Source: an uncultured Thermodesulfobacteriota bacterium (lineage in GTDB: Bacteria; Desulfobacterota; Zymogenia; Zymogenales; Zymogenaceae). From it: 64,000 nucleotides of DNA. The stretch is taken from contig CAZIWT010000001.1 of NCBI GenBank assembly GCA_964542895.1, positions 30,573 through 94,572 of the forward strand, in the 5' to 3' direction. The position numbers and the translations under genes are program-made. Positions 55,751-64,000 of this stretch are shown piece by piece (position 1 is the first letter of the stretch; every line of letters starts with the position of its first letter). The notes under the pieces are model-generated. The model saw only the letters and a list, made by a program, of their open reading frames with translations, made no database searches and was not told the DNA's origin.

Positions 55751-57142
55751 TTAAATAACCGGCTCCCATATGGGATCGAATTTTTTATAGTAGTCGAAAA
55801 AGCGCTCCCTGGCCGAGCGGGCCTTTTTTACCAGGTCTTCCTTCGTGATTACCCCCCTCTCGAGGAGGATCTCCTCCAGCTTGATCATCGCCTGCTGGTA
55901 GGGGAGGCAGCCGTAGAGAAACGTGTCGTGACCTTCGAGGGTTATCCTGTTTCTTATCTCCCTCGTCTCGCCTGAGGCGCCGATGGCGCAGTCGCCGAGG
56001 AAGAAGGTGTTCTTGTAATCCCACTCCTTTCCCGACGGGACCTTCGGATCGACCCCAACGATCAGGCTCGCCCCCTCCTTTATCTTTGTAAGGCTCCCCA
56101 GCACCACCGCCGCCATCAGCCAGCAGGCGTGGCACGCCCCGCCGATGTAGACGTCCACGTTCGGGTAGACGCCTGTGACCAGCGAATCTATCGGCTGGGT
56201 GTAGTTTATGGGGAGGGTGAATTTCTTTACCACGTCTTGAACCTTCTCGCCCACGACCTCGATCTTGGACGGGTCGGCGATGCCTATTCCGTCGTGGGCG
56301 GCGATACGGGTCGTCCCGACCACGAGGGGGTTTTCTATCCCCATGACCATCGACGAGATCGAGTCGACCGAGACGACGTCCTCCCCGGCGATGACAACCC
56401 CCATCGGGACCGGAAGCCCCGCCTCCCCGGCTCCCATCCCCTCCATACCGATCAGGCCGTCGACCACGGTTAAATCCGGCCTTCTCACCTTGGATATGTC
56501 CACCATATGCTGGTCGAGGTCGTCCCGGTGGCCGAAGTAGCGGTCCCCCTCGTTCAATATCCCCTGGAGGTTCTTTACCCCCAGTGTCACCATCGTCATC
56601 GTGTGGGTCTTGAGGGCGGGGATGTCGATAAAGACGTCCGCCTCCCTGATCACCTTCGGGTAGTCGACAAAGTGGAGGACCTTTCCGTCGGGCACCATCA
56701 CGCACTCCTTCTCGGCGTCCTCAACGCCCAGGAGTTCGCCGCCGGCTTTCTCCACGGCGTCCTTCACCCCCAGAAGCCGCATGACATCGACCGTCTTCAT
56801 TCCCCGGGGCAATTCATCCGAGCCGGTCTCCCTGTCTATATTCACGCGCTTGATGAGGCTCCCGACGCTGACCCCCTCGATCACGATCACCTTCTTCGCC
56901 CCGGCCCCGACACAGAGCGAGACGACCGCCTTGATCACCCTCCTGTCCACCGAGACCGGCGGTGGGAATGGGGCGAAGAGGTTCGGCTTTATCGCAACGG
57001 TCTGTCCCGGTTTTACGAATCGCCCTATCCCCCCCACAAGGTCGACCGCCTCCTTCACCATCCCGGCGATCTCCACCTCTTCTATCGTCTCCGGGGGGGT
57101 TATTTTCGACTTTACTATGGAGACTACACTCTTCTCAGTCAT
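55751..57142 (-). CDS. DUF362-domain protein
   Basis: 463 aa with DUF362-like motifs (...VAIKPNL..., ...DIPALKTHTMT...). Confidence 0.55.
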   Translation of the reverse strand: MTEKSVVSIVKSKITPPETIEEVEIAGMVKEAVDLVGGIGRFVKPGQTVAIKPNLFAPFPPPVSVDRRVIKAVVSLCVGAGAKKVIVIEGVSVGSLIKRVNIDRETGSDELPRGMKTVDVMRLLGVKDAVEKAGGELLGVEDAEKECVMVPDGKVLHFVDYPKVIREADVFIDIPALKTHTMTMVTLGVKNLQGILNEGDRYFGHRDDLDQHMVDISKVRRPDLTVVDGLIGMEGMGAGEAGLPVPMGVVIAGEDVVSVDSISSMVMGIENPLVVGTTRIAAHDGIGIADPSKIEVVGEKVQDVVKKFTLPINYTQPIDSLVTGVYPNVDVYIGGACHACWLMAAVVLGSLTKIKEGASLIVGVDPKVPSGKEWDYKNTFFLGDCAIGASGETREIRNRITLEGHDTFLYGCLPYQQAMIKLEEILLERGVITKEDLVKKARSARERFFDYYKKFDPIWEPVI

Positions 57143-57338
57143 ATATTTTCTCGAAGTCCCGGACTCAAAATATCTTCTACTGCTTGTTCTTTTCCGATTA
57201 TCTTATATCACATTTAATAAATATTCTCAATGAATTCTCTAAAATAATGTAATCCATCTAAAAATCATATAGGAAAACCGGAATAAAAAAGGCCGGGACA
57301 GTTACGCCCCGACCTTCATATTTTGATGAATCCAGTTA

Positions 57339-57424
57339 TGGTGCCGAAGGCGGGACTCGAACCCGCACAGGCATAACCCACCACCCCCTCAAGATGGCGT
57401 GTCTACCAGTTCCACCACTTCGGC
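57339..57424 (-). tRNA. tRNA-Leu, anticodon GAG
   Basis: Manual fold of the minus-strand sequence GCCGAAGTGGTGGAACTGGTAGACACGCCATCTTGAGGGGGTGGTGGGTTATGCCTGTGCGGGTTCGAGTCCCGCCTTCGGCACCA. 7-bp acceptor stem, D arm GTG/CAC, anticodon stem CCATC/GGTGG with loop TTGAGGG, long variable arm, T arm GCGGG-TTCGAGT-CCCGC, encoded CCA. Confidence 0.85.
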
Positions 57425-57434
57425 ACGGCTTTTA

Positions 57435-57463
57435 AATTTATATAGTAAGTTTGTCTTTGTCAA
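57435..57463 (-). promoter_or_regulatory. candidate sigma70-type promoter for tRNA-Leu (TTGACA-17-TAAATT)
   Basis: The minus strand reads TTGACAaagacaaacttactataTAAATTtaaaagcc, immediately followed by the tRNA 5' end. Confidence 0.4.
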
Positions 57464-57676
57464 GCTATTTTTGGCGATTACGCCCAAAATATTCGTGACG
57501 AGAGGCCATCCACAAAAAATCCCGCCCTCCTAAAAAATCAATCACATCGGCAAACCCTCAATAAAACCCTGCCCTTCTGCTGTCGCCCCATTATCTTTCT
57601 CATCCCCTTACCCGCCGCAACTGAAAACCCTTCAATAAACCCATTTTCCTAAACTATCCATCCCCCCGCATAAAAA

Positions 57677-58003
57677 TTATTCGGCGTCGTCGCCGAGGTC
57701 TTCGATGTCGGGACCCTTCGGGAGCTCCTTCTCGACTCCGGGCTTCGCCTCTTCCTTCATGATCGACGGCGAGCCCACGTCCACCGAGAAGTAGGCGAGG
57801 GTCAGACTCGTGAGCATAAAGACCACGGCGGCGATGGTTGTAATCTTGTTAAGAAAGGTCGCCGGCCCGGAGCTTCCGAAGAGGGTCTGGCTGGACCCCC
57901 CGAAAGCGGCGCCCATATCGGAGCCCTTGCCGGTCTGCAGAAGCACGATAAGGATCAGGGCAAAGCACACTATAACGTGAAATGCCGTTATGATCGCTGT
58001 CAT
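57677..58003 (-). CDS. secG: preprotein translocase subunit SecG
   Basis: 108 aa, two TM helices, LLQTGKG...G-rich SecG signature. An AGGAG RBS is 7 nt upstream. Confidence 0.85.
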   Translation of the reverse strand: MTAIITAFHVIVCFALILIVLLQTGKGSDMGAAFGGSSQTLFGSSGPATFLNKITTIAAVVFMLTSLTLAYFSVDVGSPSIMKEEAKPGVEKELPKGPDIEDLGDDAE

Positions 58004-58206
58004 TGTATTCTCCTTTTGCCTTTTAATATCCCCGATCGAGCGACCGGGAATAAAATATCAAGATGTCTTTATATCTCATCTGGGGTGCCTTTTACCGCCC
58101 CCACGGGATGGAAATTCAAATTAGTAAGTTAAATCCCTTAATCAAACTGATGGCCCCCTCTCTCCCTGCTTCTCTCACACCTGACATCCCCCTTCCCCCT
58201 TACAGG

Positions 58207-58962
58207 CTACTTCCCGGCCTCCACTATCTTCTCGAAGGAGTCCGCCTTCAGGCTCGCCCCGCCGACGAGCGCCCCGTCGAGATCGGGCATGGAGAGGAGC
58301 TCCCGGGCGTTATCCGGGGTCACACTACCACCATACAATATTTTCAGGCTTTTTGCAAGATTTTTGTCGATTTTGTCCGCTGTGAATCCCCTTATGAACT
58401 CGTGCATCTCCTGGGCCTGCTCCGGTGCCGCCGTCTCCCCGGTGCCTATGGCCCACACCGGCTCATAGGCGACAACTAGGTTTCCCAGCTCTTCCCGGCT
58501 CATTCCCGACAGGCCCAGGTCTATCTGGCTTTTCACCACGTCCTTTGCCTTTCCCTCTTTCCTCTCGGAGAGCTTCTCCCCCACGCAGAAGATCGGATTG
58601 ATACCGGCGGTTATCGCCGCCCTTATCCTCTTGTTTATCTCCTCGTCGGTGTCGCCGAAGACGTTTCGCCTCTCTGAGTGCCCGATGATCACCATCTGAG
58701 CTCCCACTGCCTTTATCATCTCTGCGGACGTCTCTCCGGTGTAGGCCCCCTTCTCCTCATAGAAGAGGTTCTGGGCGGAGAGCCTGATGTTCGAGCCCTT
58801 CAACGCCTCGCCTACGGCGTGAAGGACCGTGAAATTCGGCGCCACGGCGACGGACGTGCCCTCGATATCTCCGATCCTCTTTACCAGCTCCGACGCGAGG
58901 GAGAGGGCGTCTTTTAGCGCCAGATTCATCTTCCAGTTAGCCGCTATCAGCTTCTCTCTCAT
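58207..58962 (-). CDS. tpiA: triosephosphate isomerase
   Basis: IAANWKMN..., ...VIIGHSERR..., ...[11 protein letters not shown]... canonical TIM motifs. Confidence 0.92.
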   Translation of the reverse strand: MREKLIAANWKMNLALKDALSLASELVKRIGDIEGTSVAVAPNFTVLHAVGEALKGSNIRLSAQNLFYEEKGAYTGETSAEMIKAVGAQMVIIGHSERRNVFGDTDEEINKRIRAAITAGINPIFCVGEKLSERKEGKAKDVVKSQIDLGLSGMSREELGNLVVAYEPVWAIGTGETAAPEQAQEMHEFIRGFTADKIDKNLAKSLKILYGGSVTPDNARELLSMPDLDGALVGGASLKADSFEKIVEAGK

Positions 58963-60169
58963 TTTCTTCCATTACCTTTTCTTCCAGCACGGCGATGGCC
59001 GGGAGCTTCTTCCCCTCGAGAAGCTCGATAAAGGCACCGCCGCCCGTGGATACGTATGATACATTTGCGAGCTCTCCCGCCTTGATCACGGCGACGTCCG
59101 TGTCGCCCCCGCCGACAATCGTAAGGGCGTACGAATTGACCACGTGAGAAACCATGGCAAACGTGCCCCGGGAGAAGGCATCCATTTCAAAGACCCCCAT
59201 GGGGCCGTTCCAGATAATCGTCTTTGCGTTGTAAAGAACCTCGCCGAAGAGGGTCGTCGTCGAAGGCCCTATATCCATAATATGCCAGTTCTCCGGTATC
59301 TCCTGAACCGGTACTATCTTTGTCTCCGCCCTGAAGTCGAACTTTTCGGCCACGACGGCATCGACGGGCAGATAGAACTTTACGCCCTTGATCCTGGCCT
59401 TTTCCATGAGGCCCTTCGCCTTCCATATCAGATCGGCCTCCACGGGAGAGCTGCCCATCTCGTATTCCATCGCCGCAAGGAAGGTGAAAGCCATGGCTCC
59501 GCCGATGATGAGCTTATCGACCTTGTCCAGTAGGTTTTCGATGGCCGTAAGCTTGTCCGCGGCCTTCGCCCCGCCGAGAATGGCAACGACCGGACGGGCG
59601 GGTTTTTTTACGGCCCGATCGAAATAGTTAAGCTCTTTTTTCATCAGGAACCCGGCGGCACAGACATCAAAGAACTTCGTTATGGCGTGGACCGAGGCGT
59701 GGGCCCTGTGGGCCACGGCGAACGCATTGTTGATATATATATCCGCGAGGTCGGATAGCTGTTTGGCGAACTTCTCGTCGTTCTTCGTCTCCCCGGGATT
59801 AAACCTAAGATTTTCCAAGAGCATCACGTCGCCGGGATTCAGCCCCTTCACAAGCTTCTGTACCTCGGGGCCGACGCAATCGGGCGCCATTATGACTTCC
59901 TTGTTGAGGAGTCTCGAGAGTCTCTTGGCCACCGGCTTCAGGCTAAATTTCTCGACGAACTTACCCTTGGGGCGACCCATGTGAGACATCAGGATCACCT
60001 TGCATCCTTCGTCCAGGGCGTAGTTCACCGTCGGAAGGACGCTCCTTATCCTGAGGTCGTTTGTTATGTTGCCAAGCTCATCCATCGGGACGTTCATATC
60101 GACCCTGACGAGCAGCGCCTTTTCTCTGATATTAATATCGTCTATATATATAATATTCTGCCCGGTCAT
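58937..60169 (-). CDS. pgk: phosphoglycerate kinase
   Basis: ...RVDMNVP..., ...SHMGRPKG..., ...GGGDT... Start set at an internal ATG (MTGQNIIY) preceded by AAGGAAAAAGG. It overlaps tpiA by 26 nt. Confidence 0.9.
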   Translation of the reverse strand: MTGQNIIYIDDINIREKALLVRVDMNVPMDELGNITNDLRIRSVLPTVNYALDEGCKVILMSHMGRPKGKFVEKFSLKPVAKRLSRLLNKEVIMAPDCVGPEVQKLVKGLNPGDVMLLENLRFNPGETKNDEKFAKQLSDLADIYINNAFAVAHRAHASVHAITKFFDVCAAGFLMKKELNYFDRAVKKPARPVVAILGGAKAADKLTAIENLLDKVDKLIIGGAMAFTFLAAMEYEMGSSPVEADLIWKAKGLMEKARIKGVKFYLPVDAVVAEKFDFRAETKIVPVQEIPENWHIMDIGPSTTTLFGEVLYNAKTIIWNGPMGVFEMDAFSRGTFAMVSHVVNSYALTIVGGGDTDVAVIKAGELANVSYVSTGGGAFIELLEGKKLPAIAVLEEKVMEENEREADSG

Positions 60170-60346
60170 AACCTTTTTCCTTAAAAACAATTCAAATTTA
60201 TATCCGCTTCAAGATCAACCTCGATCTCAATAAACCACCGATCCCCCCCACAAAATCCCCCCTTCAATCCGAGACAAACCGAACTTTTACCACACGCCCA
60301 TTAATAACCAGATTCAAGTATCCTCGGTGACCCCGCGGCCTTGGGC

Positions 60347-61354
60347 CTAAAGTTTCTCCCCGACGTAGCCCGCGAGATCGACAAGCCTCTCGCTGTAGCC
60401 GCTCTCGTTGTCGTACCAGGCTATCACCTTAACCAGCCCCCCCTTGATTACGGAGGTGAGCTTTGCATCGAAGATGGATGAATAGGGAGAGGACTGATAG
60501 TCGATGGAAACCAGCTCCTCATCGGTGTATTTTACGATCCCCTTCATCTTTCCGTCGGCGGCGCTTTTGACGGCTTTGTTTATCTCGTCCGCCCCCGCTT
60601 CTTTGCTTAACTGGGCGGTGAAATCGATCAGCGACACATTGGGCGTGGGAACACGAAGGGCCATCCCGTCGAGCTTTCCGGAAAGCTCCGGGATCACAAG
60701 AGAGACGGCCGCCGCGGCCCCCGTGGTCGTAGGGACGATGGAAAGCGCCGCGGCCCTTCCGCGCCTGAGGTCTTTGTGGGAGCCGTCCAGGATGCGCTGA
60801 TCCATCGTGTATGAGTGGACGGTGGTCATAAGCCCCCGCTCGATTCCGAAGCCGTCGTTGATAATCTTGACGACCGGGGCAAGGCAGTTCGTGGTGCACG
60901 AAGCGTTCGAGATGACGTGGTGGGATTTCGGGTCGTATATATCTTCGTTTACGCCGATTACTATGGTTGAGTCCACGTCCTTTCCCGGCGCCGCGATCAA
61001 GACCTTTTTCGCCCCCGCGGCTAGGTGTCCTTCCGCCTCGGCCCGCTTTCTGAATTTACCCGTCGATTCGAGCACGATATCGGCTCCCAGATCGCCCCAC
61101 CCAATCTTCGCGAGGTCACCGGTCTCCCGAACGATGGCGATCTTCTTGCCGTCGACGGTGATGGAGTTATCATCGTATTTGATCTCCTTGTCGTAGACGC
61201 CGTGGATGGAATCGTATTTCAAAAGGTGGGCCAGTACCCTGGACTCGGCACGGCTGTTTACGGCGACAACGTCGATATTTTTTCTGTCGAGAATAATCCT
61301 TAGACAATACCTTCCTATACGACCGAAGCCGTTTATTCCAACTTTCAAATCCAT
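60347..61354 (-). CDS. gap: glyceraldehyde-3-phosphate dehydrogenase, type I
   Basis: MDLKVGINGFGRIGR..., ...ASCTTNCLAP... active-site Cys. Start at an internal ATG preceded by GGAGGGAG; the longer track ORF is an upstream read-through. Confidence 0.92.
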   Translation of the reverse strand: MDLKVGINGFGRIGRYCLRIILDRKNIDVVAVNSRAESRVLAHLLKYDSIHGVYDKEIKYDDNSITVDGKKIAIVRETGDLAKIGWGDLGADIVLESTGKFRKRAEAEGHLAAGAKKVLIAAPGKDVDSTIVIGVNEDIYDPKSHHVISNASCTTNCLAPVVKIINDGFGIERGLMTTVHSYTMDQRILDGSHKDLRRGRAAALSIVPTTTGAAAAVSLVIPELSGKLDGMALRVPTPNVSLIDFTAQLSKEAGADEINKAVKSAADGKMKGIVKYTDEELVSIDYQSSPYSSIFDAKLTSVIKGGLVKVIAWYDNESGYSERLVDLAGYVGEKL

Positions 61355-61640
61355 ATTACTCCCTCCAAAAAGAAAATATATATCATATCTCTTTTTATCA
61401 GTCAACGATAAAAAAGCGGTTAACTGAAGGGGGGAATTATTTGTCTCAATCCTTTTTCCCAATAGACACCTCTTGAAAATCCATATTTTATAGTTAGGAG
61501 AGTGAGGAACGGAAAAACAGGGCAAGATTGAAACATTGAAGCGGAAAACAGCGAACAGAACAACGGAGTAAAGGAGAAATGTAGAAACAAAAAACCTCGA
61601 ACCGGGGATCGAGATTCGAAAGTTGAAGGATTTACCGTCG

Positions 61641-61845
61641 GGGGGGGTGGGGGGGGGAATCTACTTCCCATTATTTTTCACCCGTTGAAGCAATATCTTT
61701 ATTAGATTAGGAGGGTTGAATAATTAAAGGAACGGATTTACAGAGCAAAAATCATAGTAACACAGCAACACAACAATAAGGTAACAAAGAATTGGAACTG
61801 GGGGGAGGTGGGAGGGTGGGGTGGGGTGTGGGGGAGACCTCTTTT
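61641..61845. repeat. two homopolymeric/poly-G tracts (G8TG9 at 61641-61659; GGGGGGAGGTGGGAGGGTGGGGTGGGGTGTGGGGG at 61801-61835), each followed by related ~30-bp segments; the second copy forms the 3' end of the small gene at 61846..62103 and the first is a decayed partial duplicate
   Basis: Direct reading: ...ccattatttttcacccgttgaagcaatatcttt vs ...tttttttcccgttgaggcgatatcttcg. On the minus strand the first copy translates ...KDIASTGEK* and the gene terminus reads ...HEDIASTGKKQK*. Confidence 0.6.
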
Positions 61846-62103
61846 TTATTTCTGTTTTTTTCCCGTTGAGGCGATATCTTCGTGCACAAAGCCGACCAGC
61901 TTACCGGAGAAATCCAGGATTTGACCCAGGTCATACCCGCTTTTCTTCAGCTCCCGGTACATCGTCTTGGCAAGGAGATCCATTCCCTTGGAGTTCCCGT
62001 TGGCGCAGTTATAGACGGCCCCGTTACCGACAAGTTTACCTTTTCCGTTAACCTTGCCGTTAACCGATTTTTTCACTTCCACTCTTTTGCTGTCTGCAAC
62101 CAT
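61846..62103 (-). CDS. small Lys/Gly/Asn-rich basic hypothetical protein (85 aa)
   Basis: MVADSKRVEVKKSVNGKVNGKGKLVGNGAVYNCANGNSKGMDLLAKTMYRELKKSGYDLGQILDFSGKLVGFVHEDIASTGKKQK. No recognisable family. Lies downstream of the sirtuin gene on the same strand. Confidence 0.45.
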   Translation of the reverse strand: MVADSKRVEVKKSVNGKVNGKGKLVGNGAVYNCANGNSKGMDLLAKTMYRELKKSGYDLGQILDFSGKLVGFVHEDIASTGKKQK

Positions 62104-62262
62104 ATTTTATTGAAGAACTCCTAAAAAAAACTGCCGCCACCTCTGGTCTTATATAAAGCAAAATACTTGCCAAAACTCTTATCTTTTTGCAAATAATATA
62201 TCAGTGATTTCAGCCATTTAGGGAAGTCCGGATAAAGCGTTAAATTTTTAGATGAGTTTTAT

Positions 62263-62299
62263 GTCACAACTGACACAATAGTGTGTCTATTCTGACACA
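62263..62299. promoter_or_regulatory. cluster of GTCACA/GACACA half-sites including perfect palindrome GACACA-atag-TGTGTC; candidate operator between sirtuin and the small basic protein gene
   Basis: Read directly: TGTCACAacTGACACAatagTGTGTCtattcTGACACA. Confidence 0.45.
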
Positions 62300-62319
62300 T
62301 TTCGCCCTGAAGAGGGCCG

Positions 62320-63147
62320 TTAATGTTTCTTCTCCTTCATAAGGACCTTTACCTCCTTGACTATTTCCGGAAGTATTGTGCCGACCTTGCCCTGGATCAG
62401 GTAGTCAGACACCCTTCCCGTCAGCTGTGTAGGCTCATCGTTGACCTCGATGATCACGGCACCGACGTTCATGGAGGGCTCCGTTACCGATGTGGAGAAG
62501 AACCCGCCGCCCTTCTTTGCAACGAAGGGAAGCTCGGCCGCCGGATAGACCAAGGCGGAGGTCCCGGCGACTATCATCACGTCAGCCTTTTTCGACTCGG
62601 CAATCGACCTCTGGAGCGCCTCCGGCGGGATCGGCTCCCCGAAGAAGACGGCGTCCGGCTTTAAAATTCCCTCACACTTTTTACATCTCGGGGGCAGCCC
62701 CGACCTTTCTATCAGCTTTTCAACCTTGTCAAGGGGGTATTGCCGGGAGCAGCTGATACAGCGGGCAAACATGAGGTTCCCGTGAAACTCTATGACGTCT
62801 TTGCTCCCCCCCTTCTGATGGAGGTTGTCCACGTTCTGGGTGATGACACACTTAATGAATCCGAGCTTCTCCAGCTCCGCAAGGGAGGTGTGAGCCGGGT
62901 TCGGGTTCGCCTCCGCCATGTCCAGATCGCCCTCCTGCTTCATCTTGGTGCTCATCTCCCATATCCTTCTCGGGTTCGAGATGAAGCGGTCGTACATGAA
63001 CTCCATCGGATCGTATTTCTCCCAGAGGCCGCCGGGGCTTCTGAAGTCGGGGATTCCGGACTCCGTAGATATACCCGCTCCGGTCAGCACCACCACGTGC
63101 TGGGCTCCGTAAATATCCCAGGCCGCCCTTTTTATCAGGTTTTTCAT
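62320..63147 (-). CDS. NAD-dependent protein deacylase, Sir2 family (CobB-like sirtuin)
   Basis: VVLTGAGISTESGIPDFRSPGGLWEKYDP, a Zn-ribbon CxxC...CxxC (CISCSRQ...CKKCEG) and ...GTSALVYPAA... Start at an internal ATG with a GAGGAG RBS. Confidence 0.88.
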   Translation of the reverse strand: MKNLIKRAAWDIYGAQHVVVLTGAGISTESGIPDFRSPGGLWEKYDPMEFMYDRFISNPRRIWEMSTKMKQEGDLDMAEANPNPAHTSLAELEKLGFIKCVITQNVDNLHQKGGSKDVIEFHGNLMFARCISCSRQYPLDKVEKLIERSGLPPRCKKCEGILKPDAVFFGEPIPPEALQRSIAESKKADVMIVAGTSALVYPAAELPFVAKKGGGFFSTSVTEPSMNVGAVIIEVNDEPTQLTGRVSDYLIQGKVGTILPEIVKEVKVLMKEKKH

Positions 63148-63292
63148 CTCTAAAGCTCCTCTAAATAGTTTCCACTTCAAAGAATTATCACAGAGAGGCG
63201 ACTATGACAAGGGAAAACTTAAACGGCGGAAAAGAGAATCAAGCCGTTTTGAATATCAGTCCGCTGTTTTAACAACAAATTTGTTTAGGACC

Positions 63293-64000
63293 TCATCCCA
63301 GGCCGCACGATACGTGGCATTTCTCGCTGTTCACGTCGGTGTAGGTTCCGGATAGGCACTCCCTGCAGAAGGAGGGGGGGCGATCCTCTTTAAAGGCCCT
63401 CCTCAACTTTTGATATTTTTCGTTGTTCCATATATCCGAGAAGCCCTCGTCGCCGATATTCCCGAGGTAGAGGAGGGGAAAACAGCAGGGCCTGACGTTG
63501 CCGTCGTATCCCACGTAGGCGAAATCGTAGGGGCGTGGGCAGGTCTTCTCGGGGTTCTTGGCCTCTCCTTCCCCCTCAATAGAAAAGGGATCCGGAAGCC
63601 TCGCCTCGAGGCCCAACGCAATGCAGCGATCTTTTACCTTTTTTAACGCGGAGTTTGCCCTCACCTTGTCGAAGAAGAGGCTCCTCTCGACAAGGGACTT
63701 TCTGTAAGCCATCAGGTAGTTTATCTCCACCGCATCGGCGCCCATGTCATGCGCAAAATCGACGAGCCGGGGCAGCTCGTTAACGTTATCGGTCATGGCC
63801 ACCGCCGCGATCACTACGTTCGGCTTTTCCCCCTCCATATCGTTTCTCATCCCGATAAGTCCCTCCACATTTTTTTTCACCTTATCAAAGGACGCCCCGG
63901 TCCTTATCGCCTCGAAGGTCTCCTTAACGGGGGAGTCGATGGATACGGTGACCTCGTCGACATTGCCGGCGATCACGTCCCGGGATTTCTTCTCGGTTAG
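63293..64000 (-). CDS. radical SAM/SPASM-domain protein, 5'-truncated by window edge (C-terminal ~235 aa present); paralog of the enzyme at 5637..6797
   Basis: Open frame continues to the window end. C-terminal CPRPYDFAYVGYDGNVRPCC (CX12GX4C) plus CRECL...CHVSC. C-terminal region is alignable with the 5637..6797 protein (e.g. ...DGTVRPC...GVKIGNI...EIWN...Y..RR vs ...DGNVRPCC...GNIGDEGFSDIWNNEKYQKLRR). Confidence 0.8.
   Translation of the reverse strand, partial: LTEKKSRDVIAGNVDEVTVSIDSPVKETFEAIRTGASFDKVKKNVEGLIGMRNDMEGEKPNVVIAAVAMTDNVNELPRLVDFAHDMGADAVEINYLMAYRKSLVERSLFFDKVRANSALKKVKDRCIALGLEARLPDPFSIEGEGEAKNPEKTCPRPYDFAYVGYDGNVRPCCFPLLYLGNIGDEGFSDIWNNEKYQKLRRAFKEDRPPSFCRECLSGTYTDVNSEKCHVSCGLG

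Noticed and set aside
55100-55975. 291-aa plus-strand ORF and Arg/Gly-rich minus ORFs (55785..56705) overlapping the FGGY kinase and DUF362 genes
   Set aside because: Compositional artefacts. The annotated frames carry family motifs.
60347-61525. Long 392-aa version of gap and long version of pgk (to 60190) in the ORF track
   Set aside because: N-terminal extensions lack similarity. Internal ATGs with strong RBSs (GGAGGGAG; AAGGAAAAAGG) give canonical GAPDH/PGK N-termini.
61420-61671. 83-aa ORF beginning MGSRFPPPPPPT across the poly-G tract
   Set aside because: Poly-Pro comes from translating the C-run on the minus strand. It is not a gene, although the tract itself is reported as a finding.
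1-64000. CRISPR arrays, prophage or defence-system genes
   Set aside because: No regularly spaced direct repeats and no Cas, restriction-modification, toxin-antitoxin or phage structural protein signatures were seen on either strand.

Overview
The window is a GC-rich 64 kb chromosomal segment that looks bacterial. The gene content (radical-SAM enzymes, a DUF39 homocysteine-synthesis enzyme, Fe-ADH, ADP-forming acetyl-CoA synthetase alpha subunit, DUF362) points to an anaerobe, but that is inference. I saw no transposase, integrase, phage gene or CRISPR array.

The dominant feature is a ~21.7 kb array of 21 tightly packed genes, all on the minus strand (22418 down to 677), many with overlapping stop and start codons. 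It encodes an exopolysaccharide / O-antigen-like biosynthesis and export system:
- an ExeA/GspA-like AAA ATPase of the kind found in PEP-CTERM-associated polysaccharide loci;
- an HD-GYP c-di-GMP phosphodiesterase;
- a Wza-like exporter, a 757-aa Wzz/BY-kinase (Wzc-like) and a Wzy-like polymerase/ligase;
- six GT4 glycosyltransferases and one GT2;
- a class-I SAM methyltransferase, two DegT/DnrJ-family aminotransferases, an LmbE-like deacetylase and a WbqC-like protein;
- a Twitch/SPASM-type radical-SAM enzyme, preceded by a translationally coupled 65-aa Tyr-rich membrane microprotein;
- a WecA/MraY-family initiating phosphosugar transferase at the distal end.

The array has a 245-bp strongly AT-rich leader carrying an inverted repeat. 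It is preceded by an MtnN/Pfs-like nucleosidase gene that is flanked on both sides by AT-rich DNA.

The rest of the window is housekeeping and metabolic:
- a plus-strand block: glycerate kinase, EI24-like membrane protein, SH3b protein, ACD alpha subunit, lgt, pyk;
- two diverged tandem URO-D/MtaA-family paralogs;
- a fabG-acp-fabZ mini-operon with an atypical FabZ;
- a MarR-regulated cluster (V4R protein, Fe-S protein, SnoaL-like cyclase, Fe-ADH);
- peroxiredoxin, 5'-nucleotidase, FabK/NMO-like protein, AlkD-like repair protein, an LpoA-like TPR/PBP lipoprotein and a thermonuclease;
- DUF39 homocysteine synthesis protein, FGGY kinase and DUF362 protein;
- the conserved gap-pgk-tpiA-secG-tRNA-Leu(GAG) unit;
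- a sirtuin, and a second paralogous SPASM radical-SAM gene cut off at the window edge.

The most novel-looking signals are (i) the aminoglycoside-like DegT / radical-SAM / LmbE module plus microprotein inside the glycan operon, and (ii) a pair of poly-G (G4-competent) tracts flanking a decayed partial duplicate of a small gene's 3' end.
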